Part shown: positions 32,566-48,355 of the stretch, in pieces
Layout: the number at the start of each line of letters is the position of its first letter
Numbering within the stretch: the first letter of the stretch is position 1
NCBI RefSeq assembly: GCF_009914755.1
Contig: NC_060927.1
Origin: the human T2T-CHM13v2.0 reference genome, Homo sapiens
Length of the DNA stretch: 64,000 nt
Reading direction: 5' to 3' (one strand)
Made by a program: the position numbers and the translations under genes
Notes under the pieces: generated by a model
Database searches by the model: none
What the model was told of the DNA's origin: nothing
What the model saw: the letters and a program-made list of their open reading frames with translations, nothing else

Positions 32566-33505
32566 TCACTAAACTTTTCAGATTGGAATGCCAAGGCCTC
32601 TGCTAACTCCAAGGAAGCCTCAGTTACAGTACTGAAAATACATAATTATACATAATTACAGCAGGGACCCATGAGGAAAGTTCTGTAATGCAGTATCTGG
32701 CTTAAACAACATACGCAAATTGTGAGCAGCAGACTAGTTAACCACAAGCTATGTTGCTTTTGCTATCTTATTTATTGCTGTGCAAGTTTGCAAATTTTCC
32801 ATAATAAAAAAGTTTACAAAATTGCTTCTCAATACATTTCTTAATCAGCTGTTGCTTTGCTATTTACCTACCACACAGTTCTTTCTTTAAACTCGAAATT
32901 ATGTCACTGGCTTAAGCAATAGCATAATTTGAGGGGAAAAGGGAGATCCATACTATTTATCAAGACAAAAAATAACCGCGGTTTCTAGTCAAATGTTTTA
33001 AACCAATCACAATAAAACTTTTTTTAAACAGCTGGGGAAATTTGAAAAAGGCCTGGATACTAGATGATATTTAAAAACTAATTTTGTTAGGTGTAAAAAT
33101 GTGACCTTTTAAAGGTTCTTACCTGTTAGAGATACATATCTAAATACTTAGGTGTGCAGTGATAAATCTATGAACAGCTTTAAAATAATCAAGGAAAAAG
33201 CTAGAGGGGGAGGGTGGACGAAACCTGATTGGCAAGAGGTTAACAATTGTTGACGCTGGTGATGGGCACATGTGGTCCACTGATTATTCTACTTTTGCAG
33301 AAATTCCATAATAAAAAGTTGTAAAGAAATATTTTTTGAAGGCGTTGGTTCATCAGTTATCACTTTTGTTCTTTACCTTCCACATAATCACAAAACTCAA
33401 GAAAACGCTTACTAAAAGAATAGGGAAAACCAAAAATATTTGTCAATGGTTGTCCTCATTAAAGGCAACATTTCAAATAAATGAGCAAACAAAAGTAAAA
33501 CAAGA

Positions 33506-33800
33506 CCAGGTGCGGTGGCTCACGCCTGTAATCTCAGCACTTTGGGAGGCCAAGGCGGGTGGATCACATGAGGCCAGAAGTTCAAGACCAGCCCGGCCAA
33601 CATGGCAAAACCCCGTCTCTACTAAAAGTACAAAAATTAGCTGAGTGTGGTGGCAGGCGCCTGTAGTCCGAGCTACTCAGGTGACTGAGGCACGACAATC
33701 CTTGAACCCAGGAAAGGGAGGCTGCAGTAAGCCGAGATTGCACCACTGCACTCCAGCCTGAGCAACAGAGCGAGACCCTGTCTCAAAAAAAGGAAAAGAA
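33506..33800 (+). mobile_element. Alu
   Basis: Dimer. Confidence 0.92.
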
Positions 33801-36800
33801 ATATCTAAGATTGCCAATGAGGGGAGGTAAACAGTCAAAATGTTACCCAAACAAGAGACAGGTTTACAAGGCTGAGCTGCTCATGGTCCCTTAAAGCCCA
33901 TATTACCCACATGCAATCTTTTAAGATGTACGGGAAATGAAGGGGCCCAGCAATGGCCCCAATAGCCTGTTAGTGGCCACACCACTCCAGTTGTCCAAAA
34001 GTTCTCATCTCTAACTTCAGTCTCTTCTGTGATGATTTAAAGCTCTCAGCTCTTTCTCTGTCCCTAGCAGAGACAGAAAAACAACAAAACATGCCCACTT
34101 ATAATTACAAAGCACTAAATCAGGATAGAGCACTTTCAAGGAGAGCCAAAACCAAACTGCAGGCACCTGGATAAGCCCTGTCCCTCCCCACAACTCCACC
34201 TCTACTGCCCTGATGGAGGGAGGATAAAGGAGCCAGGACAGGGGTGTTTATGAAACCTCTACTATATGCCAGGTGTGAAGCCACAGAGTCCAGCCCATAG
34301 CCCTGCTTAGAAGTATTGTCAGACCCATTTTACACCCAAAGAAACTGGTGAAGGCACTGGTCCAAGGTCACAGGGCTAGAAAGGAAGGAGACTGGGACTC
34401 ATACCCAGGTCTCCGACTCTGACCACCTGGAGAGAAGAAGCACCAATGCAGGGCCCCATATTATCCCCCCTCTCCAGTGGTATATTATCTATTAAGTTTG
34501 ACGTTTCAGTGAACCAGCTGCTCCTCTGGCCGTGCTTAAGTAAGCTTCACTGAAGCTTACAAGACTGACTCTCTAGACTGTAGATCCTGATGGGAACCCA
34601 CAGTTTGATAAACTCTCTCCATGCCACCATCTGCACACCCATTTTGCCAAGCCCTCTCTCTACAGGGCATCCAAAGGCCTCACAATCCCTGTTCAACCCC
34701 TCCTTACTGCCTAGTTCTGGAAGCCTCTGCACATGTATCCAGCATGGGTTCTTTCCTGGATTATTTGTAAAGCTTTCTCACCACCTGCCCACTTGGCTGG
34801 AAGCGCCAATGTCAAACTTTCATAAGCTAATCCTGGGTGCTACTAGTCTCTATTTGGCGACTGCTTTCCAACACACTTGAAATAAATGGGTTCAAAGTCG
34901 TTAACATTCCTCGTGCCTCAGATGAAAATACTCAAAATAAATGATGGAGGGGAGTTATCTGTCAATGGCCCCTTCCCTGCCAGCTGGGATCAACAAAAGG
35001 AGCCTCTCAATTGGAGAGCTTCTCCATATTGGCCAGGATTGGTCTTTTGCCAGCCAGTACCTCACACAACAGCTTGGCCTCAGTCCCAGGGGATGCCATT
35101 TAACAGAGGCAGAGGACACACCCACTCTAGACAAAGTGACTTCAGTTAACACCAACTCACTCTGCAACTCAGAAGCCCAGAGCTTTCTACTCTTGGCCTA
35201 TGAGCCTGGGAGAGACCCATAAAAGGTATGTGAAGGGAGAGGAGAGAAGGACAACTCAAACCCAGGGACACCAGCACACACTGGACGACCGAATGCCTGG
35301 TGAGTGCCCCAGACCCAGGACCTTTGGAGTTAAGATGCTACAGCAAAAAAGTCTGGCAACCCACAGCCCTCTCCTTTATGCATAGTACATAGGATTTCTA
35401 GGATCTCATCACAGCAGTATTGCCCCTTGTGTCCTGGAAAGTCTTATGAGAGCCAAAACTGTGTTACTGAATTTAATTCCCATATTCTAGCACAGTGGCT
35501 GGTACACTGCAAATGTTTAAGAAATATTTGTATAATTAAGGTACCTAGCTATGGTAGAAATGATAATCCACAAACAACTCCCTTATGATCAATCGTTATT
35601 CATGCATTTGCGATTTTTTTCTCCTGTGACTCCTGCAATTAGATAAATGTCTATCTGGACAGGTTTATCCTTGAAAATGGCCACTTAGGGTGATGTAAAA
35701 GCTCACCTGAATAATCAAACTGTATACAGAAAGTCATGTCATATGAACGCCATTCTCTCAAGATCTAACTCATTCCCCGCTCCGCTCAACCTCACCCCTT
35801 CCAAGCTGGGCGATACATAACCCAGATCCCAATGGGGCTTCAGGAAATTAAGCCTGGGAAAAGAATTTACCCTCTCTGACTTCATAGGACCAAGTTTCTG
35901 TACTTCTTTTGTCAGTTTGCCACGTTATAAAATAGTATATGTGAAAAAATACTTTGAAAACTGCCCAACGCCATGAACATATCAGGAATACATCTCACGA
36001 ATTATTTCACCATTCACTTGGTCTTCTCAACAAGACTGCAAACTCTTTGAAGGCACCGTGAGTCCTCACCACTAACATGGTAGAGAAGCTGCACTTAGAA
36101 ACAGGTGCTCCGCCAAGCCCTCCAGTAGCCAGGAACATTGGCTCTTCTCTTCCCACCTCCTCCACGTTTCAGACTTCCCTGGGTCACTCAGCACTGTTTG
36201 TTGCCTGGTACACTTAAACACAGCCAAAGGAGCAACTGGTTCACTGAAACGTCAAACCCCTACCTCCAATCTAACTTTGCTTCTGGATCAGCATAACTTG
36301 GCTTAATTTTAACTATCACCTGCAAGAAGATCTGCAAAGGAATTCAAGGTCAGAGGGACACAGATGAAAATGAGGGCCTAATATAAACATGAATTAGCAA
36401 AACATACCTTTCTGGTAAGCACAGCATATGAAAAATCTGAGGGATCTATTATCATGTAAGTGGGAAGACGCTCGGCATGGCTGCAGCCGGCGGGCCCTGG
36501 CCAGAGCAGGCTATCAGAAACAGCATCAGAGCACAAGGGCATACACAGCTAGTGGCCCCTCTGGCTGCCGGAGGCCATACCACTTCAGGCCACCTGTGGG
36601 CCTGTGGAAGGATGGGAATGGCCTAGTGACAGGGCCAGGGTAGCAGCTCCGCCCCTGCCTGGGGAGGCAGAATCGGCACAAACTGGTGTGGCAGGGGCTC
36701 TCCATGTGAGCCCGGGTTCCTGGCAGATCTCATTTCCACCTGGTATTGCCAAGCAAAGCAGGTCTGAGGAACTCAGGGGCCTTCTCCCAGCTCTAAATGG

Positions 36801-36884
36801 CTGGGAACAAACTTCAGCCAATGGAACTGAGAATGAAAAAGGATAAGATATCCACACAGAGAAATCCAAATGTCTCAGGGTTGA

Positions 36885-37232
<348 letters not shown>

Positions 37233-37855
37233 TGCAAGCATTCCTCTTTAAAGCAAGTACTCATTTTTCATCTTTACTTTGCACCACGCAACATGAAGAT
37301 GCGGAAAGGATAAGATGCAATTTCTGCTCTCAAGGAGCTCACGGTTCCAGGGCAGGCTTCTTGACCCATGGTTTAGAGGTTGGGAACACAGATCAAGACT
37401 CAGGCTTCTAGACTCATTAGCTGTGTGACCCTGAGTACTTTCTTACTTCTCTGTGCCTCAGTTACCTCACCTGCAAAACACAGATAATAACAGAACGTAG
37501 CTCATAGAGTTGCTGCAAGGAATAAGTGAGTTAATACATATAAAGTGCAGAGAAAAGGCACGCAGTAAGCAGTACAGAGTGTCAGCTGTCATATAAGCAA
37601 GCATTATGTAGCATTAGCTTGTGGGTATTAACCCACATGACATGCATGATATTTAAAGGGACGCAACATATACCATGAAGTTATAATTTATGCACCCATG
37701 CACATGTCTGTTTTCAGAGGATGACAACCATAACGCTCAAGTTCTCAAAGAAGCAGAGCTGACAAAAAGCCGAGGGAGCGGGGCTAAAGGAAGGGTTCAT
37801 GAAAGTTACATTGACTTGTGCCTTCATTTTAATCCAGCAAAGGGTAAAAGCTAAG

Positions 37856-38060
37856 CAGTGCTGTCCAACAGAACTTTCTGCAATAATGGAAATGTTCTCT
37901 ATCTGCACCGTCCCAAAATAGTAGCCAGCCTCCACGTGTGGCTACTGAGCACTTGAAATATGGCCAGCCAGGGTGAATCAATGAATTTTTGGTTTAATTT
38001 TAATTAATTTACATTTAAGCAGCTATGTGTGGCTAATGGCTACTATTTTGAACATCACAG
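37856..38060. mobile_element. MER3-like hAT-Charlie element
   Basis: cagtgctgtccaacagaactttctgcaat...gtggctactgagcacttgaaat. Confidence 0.8.
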
Positions 38061-38321
38061 AGCTAGTCAGTCTGGGAAGAAAGAAGTCACAGGCAAAGAC
38101 TGGATTACGCAATGATGCAAAACATTCCCTGATGTAATCAGAAATCATGAGTAGAACACCACGACGTACCCTGCAATTGTGAGTAGTGACGTGCGTGTAC
38201 ACTGAACCACAGCACAGAGAAGTCCAGATGCCGAAAGACAAGAGGGGCCAGGCCAGGCCGTGAAAAGCTTTGTGCGCTGTGGTCAGATTTGGGCTTGACA
38301 CTGGAGACAGAAGAAATGTTC

Positions 38322-38740
38322 TGTACTAGCCAGGGTTCTCCAAAGAAACAGAACTGATAGGATGTTTATATAAGCATTTATTATAAGGAACTGGCTCGTG
38401 CAATTATGGAGGCTGGCAAGTTCAAAATCTGCAGAGCTCAAAATCTCCAAGTAGGCTGGAGACCCAGGAAAGAACTTACATTGCAGTTCAAGACCAAAGA
38501 CCGTCTGCTGCAGAATTCCCTCTTGCTCATGGGAGGTCCCTCTTTTGCTCTATTCAGACCTTTAACTGATTGGATGAGGACCACCCACACTGGGGAGGGC
38601 AATCGGCTTTACTCTAAGTCCACTGATTTAAACGTTAATGTCATCCAAAAACACCCTCGCAGTAACAACCAGAATTATATTTGACCACATATCTGGACAC
38701 TGCAGCCCAGTCAAGCTGACACATAAAATTAACCATCACA
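38322..38740 (+). mobile_element. ERVL solo LTR (MLT2-like)
   Basis: tgtactagccagggttctcca...aaaattaaccatcaca. Confidence 0.82.
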
Positions 38741-38862
38741 TGTACTAAAGTTTTTGAGCAAGACTATCAGTAGAACTCACTTTGGTAAGATAATTCAGCC
38801 GGGAGGCAGTAGGGAGGGATGGAGGTTTCAGGAGGCAGGAAGACCGGTTGAAAGGCTATTTC

Positions 38863-39155
38863 AGGCCGGGGGCGGTGGCTAACGCCTGTAATCCCAACAC
38901 TTTGGGAGGCTGAAGTGAGTGGATCGCTTCAGCTCCGGAGTTCAAGACCAGCCTGTGGAACATGGTGAAAACCCGTCTCTACTAAAAATACAAAATTAGC
39001 CAGACATGGTGGTATGCACCTGTAAGGTGAGGTGGGAGGACTGTTTGAGTCTGGGAGGCAGAGGTTGCAGTGAGCCGGGATTGCACCACTGCACTCCAGC
39101 CTGGGTGACAGAATGAGAGACCCTGTCTCAAAAACAAAACAAACAAACAAAAAAA
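38863..39155 (+). mobile_element. Alu (AluJ-like)
   Basis: Dimer with internal deletion. Confidence 0.88.
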
Positions 39156-39549
39156 GGCTATTTCAATGCTCTGGGTAAGACATGAGGGATTGCACCAAAA
39201 AAGTGACAATGAGAAATGACTCATTTAGTATTTGTTAAAGTATGAATGAATGGATTCTGTGACTTTACAAAACACTCACTTTATGAGAAGCTAGCATTTC
39301 CTCACAAATCTCCAACACAATGTAGAATGGGAAAGGAGGTTTTCCATACAACATAAAGGGAGGGAAGTGATGTAGCAGAGAGATACAGGTAGTTACCATA
39401 GATACGGAGATACAGGTAGATACAGAGATACAGGCAGTTACTATATTTCCATGCTCAAAAGAGTCTTATGCCTGCTCTGTGGGTAACTTAAGCCCACCTT
39501 TAACTCCTTCTAACTCACAGCCTTTCTAGAAGATAAACTATAGTACCAA

Positions 39550-40025
39550 CGTGGCAGTCTGTTAGCTGCTCCCAATATCCATTCCCCGCTTCATCCTTAA
39601 AACAACCTTGCCTGGCTAGCTAAAAGACTCCAAGTCAAGCCTCCCTTGCAGCTACCTGTGACTACCTGACCAAGTTCTAGCAATGAATGGAAAATGTGTT
39701 GTCTGGGACTCCCAAGTAGACTCTTTAAAATAGAAGGGACATATATCCCTTCCTCATTTCCTCCTTCTGTCCTGAAATGCAGATGTGATGGCTGGAGTTC
39801 CTGGAGCCATCTTCAACCACAAGGTGACGTGGAAGATTGGACTCAAATATTAGGATGTGAGCAGCAAACAGAACACTCGGTTTCAGTGACCATGAAATCA
39901 CAGCACTAATTCCGGACTGCCTAATTTAGGTCCTCTGTTAGTTGAGAGACGGAATCCTTGTGTGTTTAGGCCATATTTTTGAGTTCTGTTGCTTACGATC
40001 AAACATAATTCCTAACTGATAGATG
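39550..40025 (+). mobile_element. Old MLT1-type LTR
   Basis: ctcccttgcagcta, gagccatctt, ...cctaactgata motifs. Confidence 0.6.
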
Positions 40026-40507
40026 ATACAGCTATTATTTTGTGCACAAACAATGTAGATTTCAAAATTTCAGGCCACATACCTTCACCCATATATTTTC
40101 CTATGGCCTTGGGTGTTGATATGGGGCTAGGCAGAAGAGGAGCCTACATAAACTAATACGGCATCTTACACCTCATGATTTCCTTCCAACAGCTGCTCTC
40201 AATAAAGGGCCCACTGTAGATACCTTCTACCACCTTGGATGAGTGCCCAGGTCAGTGTGAAAACAGACACCCCCCCTTCTCTACATAAGGAGAACCTTCA
40301 CTAAGCTGGCCTTACCCTGAGATCAAGAGACTTAAAGAATGCAAAAACCTCAGAAGATTTTGATATGCCACTGCTTTTAGAAATAACACCAAGCACTTTC
40401 TCTGGGGTGTGGTGCTTTGACAAAGGGCTGGGGCATACACTTGGGGCTGACAGTGAATTGATGAGCACAGGGCATCTTTTTTTACTTCCATTTAAACCAC
40501 TTCCTCA

Positions 40508-41121
<614 letters not shown>

Positions 41122-41775
41122 CTACAAAGTGAGGCTTCCTAACCAGAGCCCATCATTGCCTTAACTGAAGCAAACAGGTGCTCCATCCTCTATGAGAAGG
41201 TAAACTCCCCCCATGCCCATGAAAGTTTTAAATGGAAGAAACTAATAAATATCAAACTAATAAAGGCCATCGAGAATGGAGAAGGGGAAAGAACTGGTGG
41301 GAGGCAGAAACAGGAAGTGGCTGGAGAAGACAGGGGAAGACACAGCTGAGGAACCCACATTCCAGAAGATTCTTCAGAAGAGACCCAGTTGATGTGGCCT
41401 CCCATGAAGCCCTTCGGAATTCTACCGGGAGCTGACCAGCTCTCAGCAAAACCAAGCTAGTGAGGGTTGGGGTGGACAGAAAAAAATACTAGACCCAGCT
41501 CCTTATCTTAGAAACTCAATTTCGTCCCAGAAACACCAGGCTTGGGAGTAGCTAGAACAGCAGCATGAGCATTCGCATGCTTTTTAGTATCACTCAACTC
41601 TCCTGTCTGTGTTCACTTGTGCCCACTCAAGGCTACAGGCTAAGGAATGACAAAGTGGGAGCCAGGGTTCCTCCACAGCTCCACATGCTGTGGATTCAGG
41701 AACCCCAAGACAGGGCAGCTGACCCCAAAACTACTTTCTCTCTCTGGCTGATCAACACTACAAATTCCCTTTTGG

Positions 41776-41951
41776 TAGGGCTGCCAGATTTAGCAAATAA
41801 AAATATAGGCCTTCCAGTTAAATCTGAATTTCAGGTAAACAATTTTTTTAGCTTATGTACCAAATATGGCATAGAACAAATTTATACCTAAAAAAAAAAA
41901 TCTGAAATTTAACTGGGTGTTCTGTATTCCCATGTTCTATCCGCCAATCTT
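41776..41951. mobile_element. MER53-like hAT MITE
   Basis: tagggctgccagatttagcaaataaaaata start. Confidence 0.7.
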
Positions 41952-42929
41952 ACTTCTGGCTTAAACTCCACAAGGACATCCCACTGTGTAGAAATGAAAA
42001 GTCTACCTACAGCCTGCACTTCTAAGCATTTCCCACTTAGTGTAAAGGGTGTAGTTCTGTCTCTCACATGTGCAGAGGTTCCCACAGCATGATGAACCCT
42101 GAGTTGGGAATATGCAGTCCCACCAGGTTGGAAGCAGGGTATTCCAAGCTATGGGAATGTTTGTAAGTCAGAACCACTTGAAGCCCCAGAGACCATAAAT
42201 CTCTAAGTCTTATCAGTCATTTACTTCTCAGCATGAATAATTTCATCAGATTCTTCAGGGTAGATTTTCATAGAAGTCACAACTGGAAGGGCTGGGGAAG
42301 AAGTAGAAAAGAAAGGAAGGAAAGCAGGGGCATCCTCTGAGTCAGGAAAGGAACAGAAGGTGCACCAAGAGTGCACAGCCGGGGCCCAAACCTCGTCACC
42401 AGGCAACATAAAAAGGCCAGCCTGTGTCGACAAAACTCGTAGCAGAAACACAACCTATGCTCTGATTTCCTTTCACTGAAAAATTAATCACTCTGCCACT
42501 CTTGCCAGGGAATGCCTGTGGTTTACAGAGGGGAAGGGGCTATCCATGTCCATGCAATCACTTTACTGAAAGCAGAGTACAGTTGAGAAGAAGGAAGGAA
42601 ACATCTGAAGAGCATCATGGTTTCAGGGAACCAAACTCCACACCCTGTTTCCCCTCTAACCACTATGCTGTGGTGACAAACCACACCTGTTAGCTTCACA
42701 GAGAACACTGCCTGCCCAGCAGCACCAAGGGGGGCTCAGCCATGCCTCTGTGAATAGCAAAGGAGATAAGAAAAAGGGAGTTGCCCATGACAAACCTCCC
42801 AACTAACAAGGTGATGGAGGGCAGCTCCTCCAGCCCAGTGCTTCCTGGCTAAGACCTGCCTGCAACCAGTCCCCCACGCGGACTTCCTGCCACCTGCCAG
42901 ACAGAATGGGGTTGAATGCAAATGGTTCA

Positions 42930-43429
<500 letters not shown>

Positions 43430-44183
43430 TCAAGATTCCAAGTTTCCAAAGTGCAGCTGCTTCTTTCCCAGAATCTTCAGCCAAGACTGTCAGGCAGGAT
43501 GTGATCTTTCAGGCGAAGGAGAGTTAAGAGTCCATGCTCAGTTCTTGCCATAAATCTCCAGGAACTCTGCTTTGAGACAGATGCCCTGTCATTCCACTAC
43601 GTGCCCTTACTTTGGGCAGCAGGAATGACGCAGTTCCCAGGAACTGGCCTGTGGCCACCCAGGGGGAATGTGACCAGGGCCACAGGGAAGAACGTCACTG
43701 AGCCAGACCTCCTCACCCAAAGTCCCGTGGCAAGAACTGCCCCCAGGCAGGCAAGTGGCTCTGCAGAGATAAAGTGACGGGGAAGAAGGAAGGCATGACA
43801 AAGCCACACTGAAGTCCTAGCAGGAACAGGGCACCATGAGGGGAAAGTTCCCAAGGACTCCAGATTCTTGGAACAAGAGCTTCTCGGAACAAGAGCTTCT
43901 CAGTTACCCTAGCCAAGAAGAGGCAGGGGTGTGCAGGGAAATAACTGCACCAATGAGCTCAAAAACTGCCTTTAGTCCTAAAAGCCCATTCTCCTCAGAT
44001 GTGCCAGAGTGTCTTTCAGATTTGCAAATAGTCATAAATGCCTCCTATGTGCCAGGCACCAGCCAGAACCAGGTAGACTTGGTTTAAACCTTCACTCCTG
44101 TCCTCGCAAGGTCTGTGATGTTAAAGTCCCCAAGCCTCAGTGATTATTCCCCCTCAGTATGATGAAAATAATATCGTCTTGCA

Positions 44184-44505
44184 GGCCGGACGCAGTGGCT
44201 CACACCTGTAATCCCAGCACTTTGGGAGGCCGAGGCAGGCGGATCATCTGAGGTCAGGAGTTAGAGACCAGCCTGGCCAACATGACGAAATCCTGTCTCT
44301 ACTAAAAATACAAAAATTAGCCTGGTGTGGTGGTGTGCACCTGTAGTCTCAGCTACTCGGGAGGCTGAGACAGAAGAATCGCTTCAACCTGGGAGGCAGA
44401 GGTTGCAGTGAGCCGAGATTACGCCACTGCACTCCAGCCTGGGCGATAGAGCAAGTCTCCATCTCAAAAAAAAAAAAAAAAAAGAAAAGAAACAAGAAAA
44501 AGAAA
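44184..44505 (+). mobile_element. Alu
   Basis: Dimer with long tail. Confidence 0.94.
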
Positions 44506-44676
44506 AGAGTACCACTTTGCAAAAAGTACTCGCTGTAAGGATTAAATGAGATAATGTACATAAAAGACCTATGACCACAAACCCAGGCCCCTAGCACAGC
44601 CTCAACAAATCAGGGCTGCAGATAGCCCCTTAAGAGAACACAGACTCTAAGCCCCAGTTTCTTCTTCTGCAAAAGT

Positions 44677-44678
<2 letters not shown>

Positions 44679-44727
<49 letters not shown>

Positions 44728-44730
44728 TGT
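44679..44730. repeat. (GT)19(GC)5ATGT alternating purine-pyrimidine tract
   Basis: Read directly. Confidence 0.95.
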
Positions 44731-45589
44731 TTACGTAACTTCCCCTCATGCATGTAAAACACTTAGAAAGTGCCTGGTATACAAAGAGTGTTGAAATTAC
44801 TCTTCTTCCTCCTCCCTTCCATCCTCCTTTCTTCCTCCCTTCCATCCAGTAAACTGTCACCGCCATACCACTGACTCCCATTTTCCCTGCATTCTGGATA
44901 GATAATTAACCAAGTCTGTTACAGTCTCCCTTCACATTCTCTTAGATTAGGCCACAACACCGGAAAGGTTTATGTAAAGGCCCAGTCTTTGGGCTCCAAG
45001 ACTAGTTTCCTCATTCGTACTATAAGGCCAAAAGGGAAACAATGACAGCCCCCGCACAGAGCAGTGTGTGTGGCACCTAATACATCATTAGCGCTCAAAA
45101 AATGGCAAAAAATGGAGCTGCCATTAATGTAAGGACATCAATTTCTCAAACACAACCTAAGCCCCCTAACTCAAGAGCCTACCATGGCTACTTTGCAGCT
45201 TCTCAACCAAGTCTGAAGGGTAGGCTGAGGCGTAAGGCACCCTCAGCTGTCCATGCTGTTCCTTTCCTGACTGGTCCTTTAGCTCCCCTAAGCCTCTCTT
45301 TCCAAGGCTCTGGCTTCCTTACCCAAGTTCATATCTGCACTGACCCCTCCCCTCAGATCTCTGCTCTTCTGTCTTTACCAGCCACCCTTCCTCTTGTGCT
45401 TCGGAGTGTGCACAGTGTGTCCTTCCCCTCAAGCCTTTCCCCTCAAGCCTTCCTGATGGGCAGCATCTCCCGCCAACACACACACACACAGTGACACACT
45501 CCCTAGCTTCTTCCCTTTGCCATCTACATCAGAGCCACATGGTTCAGCGCACTAACAAATAAGCCTCTCCATGTGGCTCTTGGCAAATA

Positions 45590-46557
45590 CAGTCAGTCCT
45601 CATTATTCACAGCTTCCGTATTTGTGAATTTGCCTACTTACTAAGCTTTATTTGTAACCCCAAAATCAACACTTGCAGTGTTCTTGGGGCCATCCATCGA
45701 CATGCACAGAGTGGTGAAAAAATGAGCTACCTGATACATACGTTTCTAGCTGATGTCCAACAAGAAGCCACCCTGCCTTCTTGTTTTGGCTCTCATACTG
45801 TACACAAGTGTCCTTTCCTCGGTCCTTTTAGTGCTGTGTTTTTGACATTTTTGTGCTTTTTGTTGATGATTTTTCTCTATAAATTGGCCTCCAAGTATAG
45901 CAATTAAGTGCTTTCTAGTGCTCCTAAGTACAAGAAGGCTGTGATGCGCCTTATGGAGAAAATGCTTGCGTTAGATGAGCTTCGTTCAGGCAGAAGTTAT
46001 ACCACTGTTGGCTGTGAGTTCAGTGTTAATGAGTCAACAAAACGACACATGCAGAAAAAGGAAGAGGAAATTTGCCAATCTGAACATGAGTTCACTCAAG
46101 TAAGTGCTAAAGTAACATCCGCTGTGCATGACGAAGCTATGGAAAAGATGAAAACATGGCTGGATTTGTGGATTATCTGGCACTAAGCCTGAGAGGTCAT
46201 GACAGATTAAAAAAGCAGAGTGGACAGCATCATCATGAGGCTAAGAGCCAAAGAAGTTTATAGTCACATCACCCAGAGTCAGGAGAACATTCAACCCTTT
46301 GCAGCTAGTGTTTTATTATCAAGAAATATTGCATATAATTGATTGTAAGAAACACACTAAATAAAAATAAGGGGTCTTTAAACAGAAACACACATATAAC
46401 AAGGTTATGTATTGATCAGCTGACAAAAATGTTGTGACCAGAGGCTCTCAGGAACCTAACCTCTATTTCCCCTAGGAGCAAAGCCTTGGTACTTGCTAAT
46501 TCAGTGTCTGTGGCAACTTTATAGAATATGACTACCACAGATAATGAGAACTGATTG
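45590..46557 (+). mobile_element. MER6-like TcMar-Tigger element with both TIRs and TA target duplication
   Basis: ta|cagtcagtcctcattat ... ataatgagaactgattg|ta; ORF 45908-46186 resembles the Tigger/CENP-B N-terminal HTH. Confidence 0.85.
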
Positions 46558-46730
46558 TATTTACCTCTGCCATAACACCACCTTCATGAAGATGGGGCTC
46601 CTGGAGGATACAGACCAACTGTATACTCCACAGTGGCCACTGCAGACAAAGGGGAGATGCTTTTCTTTGCCAATCCCCTGACCTGCTATAATCCTCCCAC
46701 AGTCTCACTCCATACCTCAAATGGGGAAAT

Positions 46731-46763
<33 letters not shown>

Positions 46764-47084
46764 CCCTATCCAGGTCAGTAACAAAGATTCTACTTTTGCT
46801 CAAAACAGCCCATCCCACACCCTTTTATAAGACTGCCATGAGGGGAATGTCAGCTCCACAAGGACAGGATCTCTGTTCTATGTTTGATAGGTCAACAAGT
46901 GGCTAGAACAATACCTGGCATATGGTAGGTGCTCAGTCAATAGCTACCGAAGAAAAGAAAATAATAAATTTTTTTAAATCCCCACACAGACATGTAAAGT
47001 AATAACCTACATTTGACATATCCTTGAGTTTATATCCTACCTTTGCAGAACATCAGCCTCTCATCCTCCACTTACGAAGTGTTT

Positions 47085-47390
47085 TTCCTTTTTTTTTTTT
47101 TTTTTGAGACAGGGTCTCACTCTTTCACCCAGACTAGAGCGCAGTGGTGCGATCACAGCTCCACGCAGCCTTGACTTCTCAGGCTCACGCAATCCTTCTA
47201 CCTCAGCCTCCTAAGTAGCTAGGACCATAAGCAAGCACCACCATGTCTGGCTTCTTAAAAAAAAAAAAAAAAAAGAAATGGTGTCTCACCATGTTGCCCA
47301 GGGTGGTATTGAACTCCTGGGCTCAAGCAATCCTCCCACCTCAATCTCCCAAAATGCCAGGATTAGAGGCATGAGCCACCACTCCTGGCC
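47085..47390 (-). mobile_element. Alu (AluJ-like)
   Basis: Reverse dimer. Confidence 0.88.
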
Positions 47391-47904
47391 ACGGCAGGCT
47401 TTCTACAAACAAAATCAATGCCTAGAATTTCCCAACAAAGGATCACTATAATACTCTGTTCCTCTAGGATTAACATAATAGTTCAGGAGATTAATTGATA
47501 TGCTCGACCCATTTCATTTCATTCAAAACACGATTCTCCATCCATTCAAGGCCCATGCCACACTATCCCTTTGGGCACAGAGTGCTTTTGATCAGTCAAA
47601 AGGTAAGTCAGCTACTCCCTCCCTCATCATTTTCGATCCTCCAGCACATTCTGCCCTCACAAATAACTCACTATGTACTCAACCTACCTGGGCTCACTCT
47701 TCCACCTGGCACAATCTCTCTATCTTCCATAGCCCCCTCCCAGCCAGCAGAGGCCTGTTTCCTCTTCTACCCACAGGTTCTTTGTGGTGGTGATCTTTTT
47801 TTTATTACAAGGCAGCAGATTCACCAGATACTCAACATTTGATAGAAAAATACATCTAGGATAATCTTACATTTATTGGATCCAAATGCTTTACATGTAC
47901 TAAT

Positions 47905-48352
47905 TCAATCGCTGTAGTAAATTGCAAAAGTAGCTAGAATAAGTTGCAGGTAGACTTTATCGTTCCCAATTCTTGAATTTGGACTGGCCCCATGACTGAC
48001 TTTAGCCCGTAAGATGTTAATAAACATGAAACAAGCAGAGGCTTGAAAAGGGCTCACCCTTTTTGTTGCTGGAATCTCAACACTGTATGAAAATGACCAG
48101 GCTAGCCTGGTGAATGAAAGATACACGTGGCCTAGTCACCCCTGCTACCCTAGCTGACCACCAACCAACTGCTTGACAGATAAGGCCAAGGTCAGCCAGC
48201 CCCCAGCTAATCCATCAACTGACTGTATATGTGAGAGATCAGCTCTAAGCCTGAGATCAGAAAAACTGGCCAACAAAACCATGAGCTAAATAAATGTTTT
48301 AAGCCATTAAGTTTTAGGGTGGTTGGCTTCATAGCAAAAGCTAACTGATATA
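47905..48352 (+). mobile_element. Old MLT1-type LTR
   Basis: 3' end taaatgttttaagccattaagttttagggtggtt...gctaactgata. Confidence 0.6.
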
Positions 48353-48355
48353 CAA

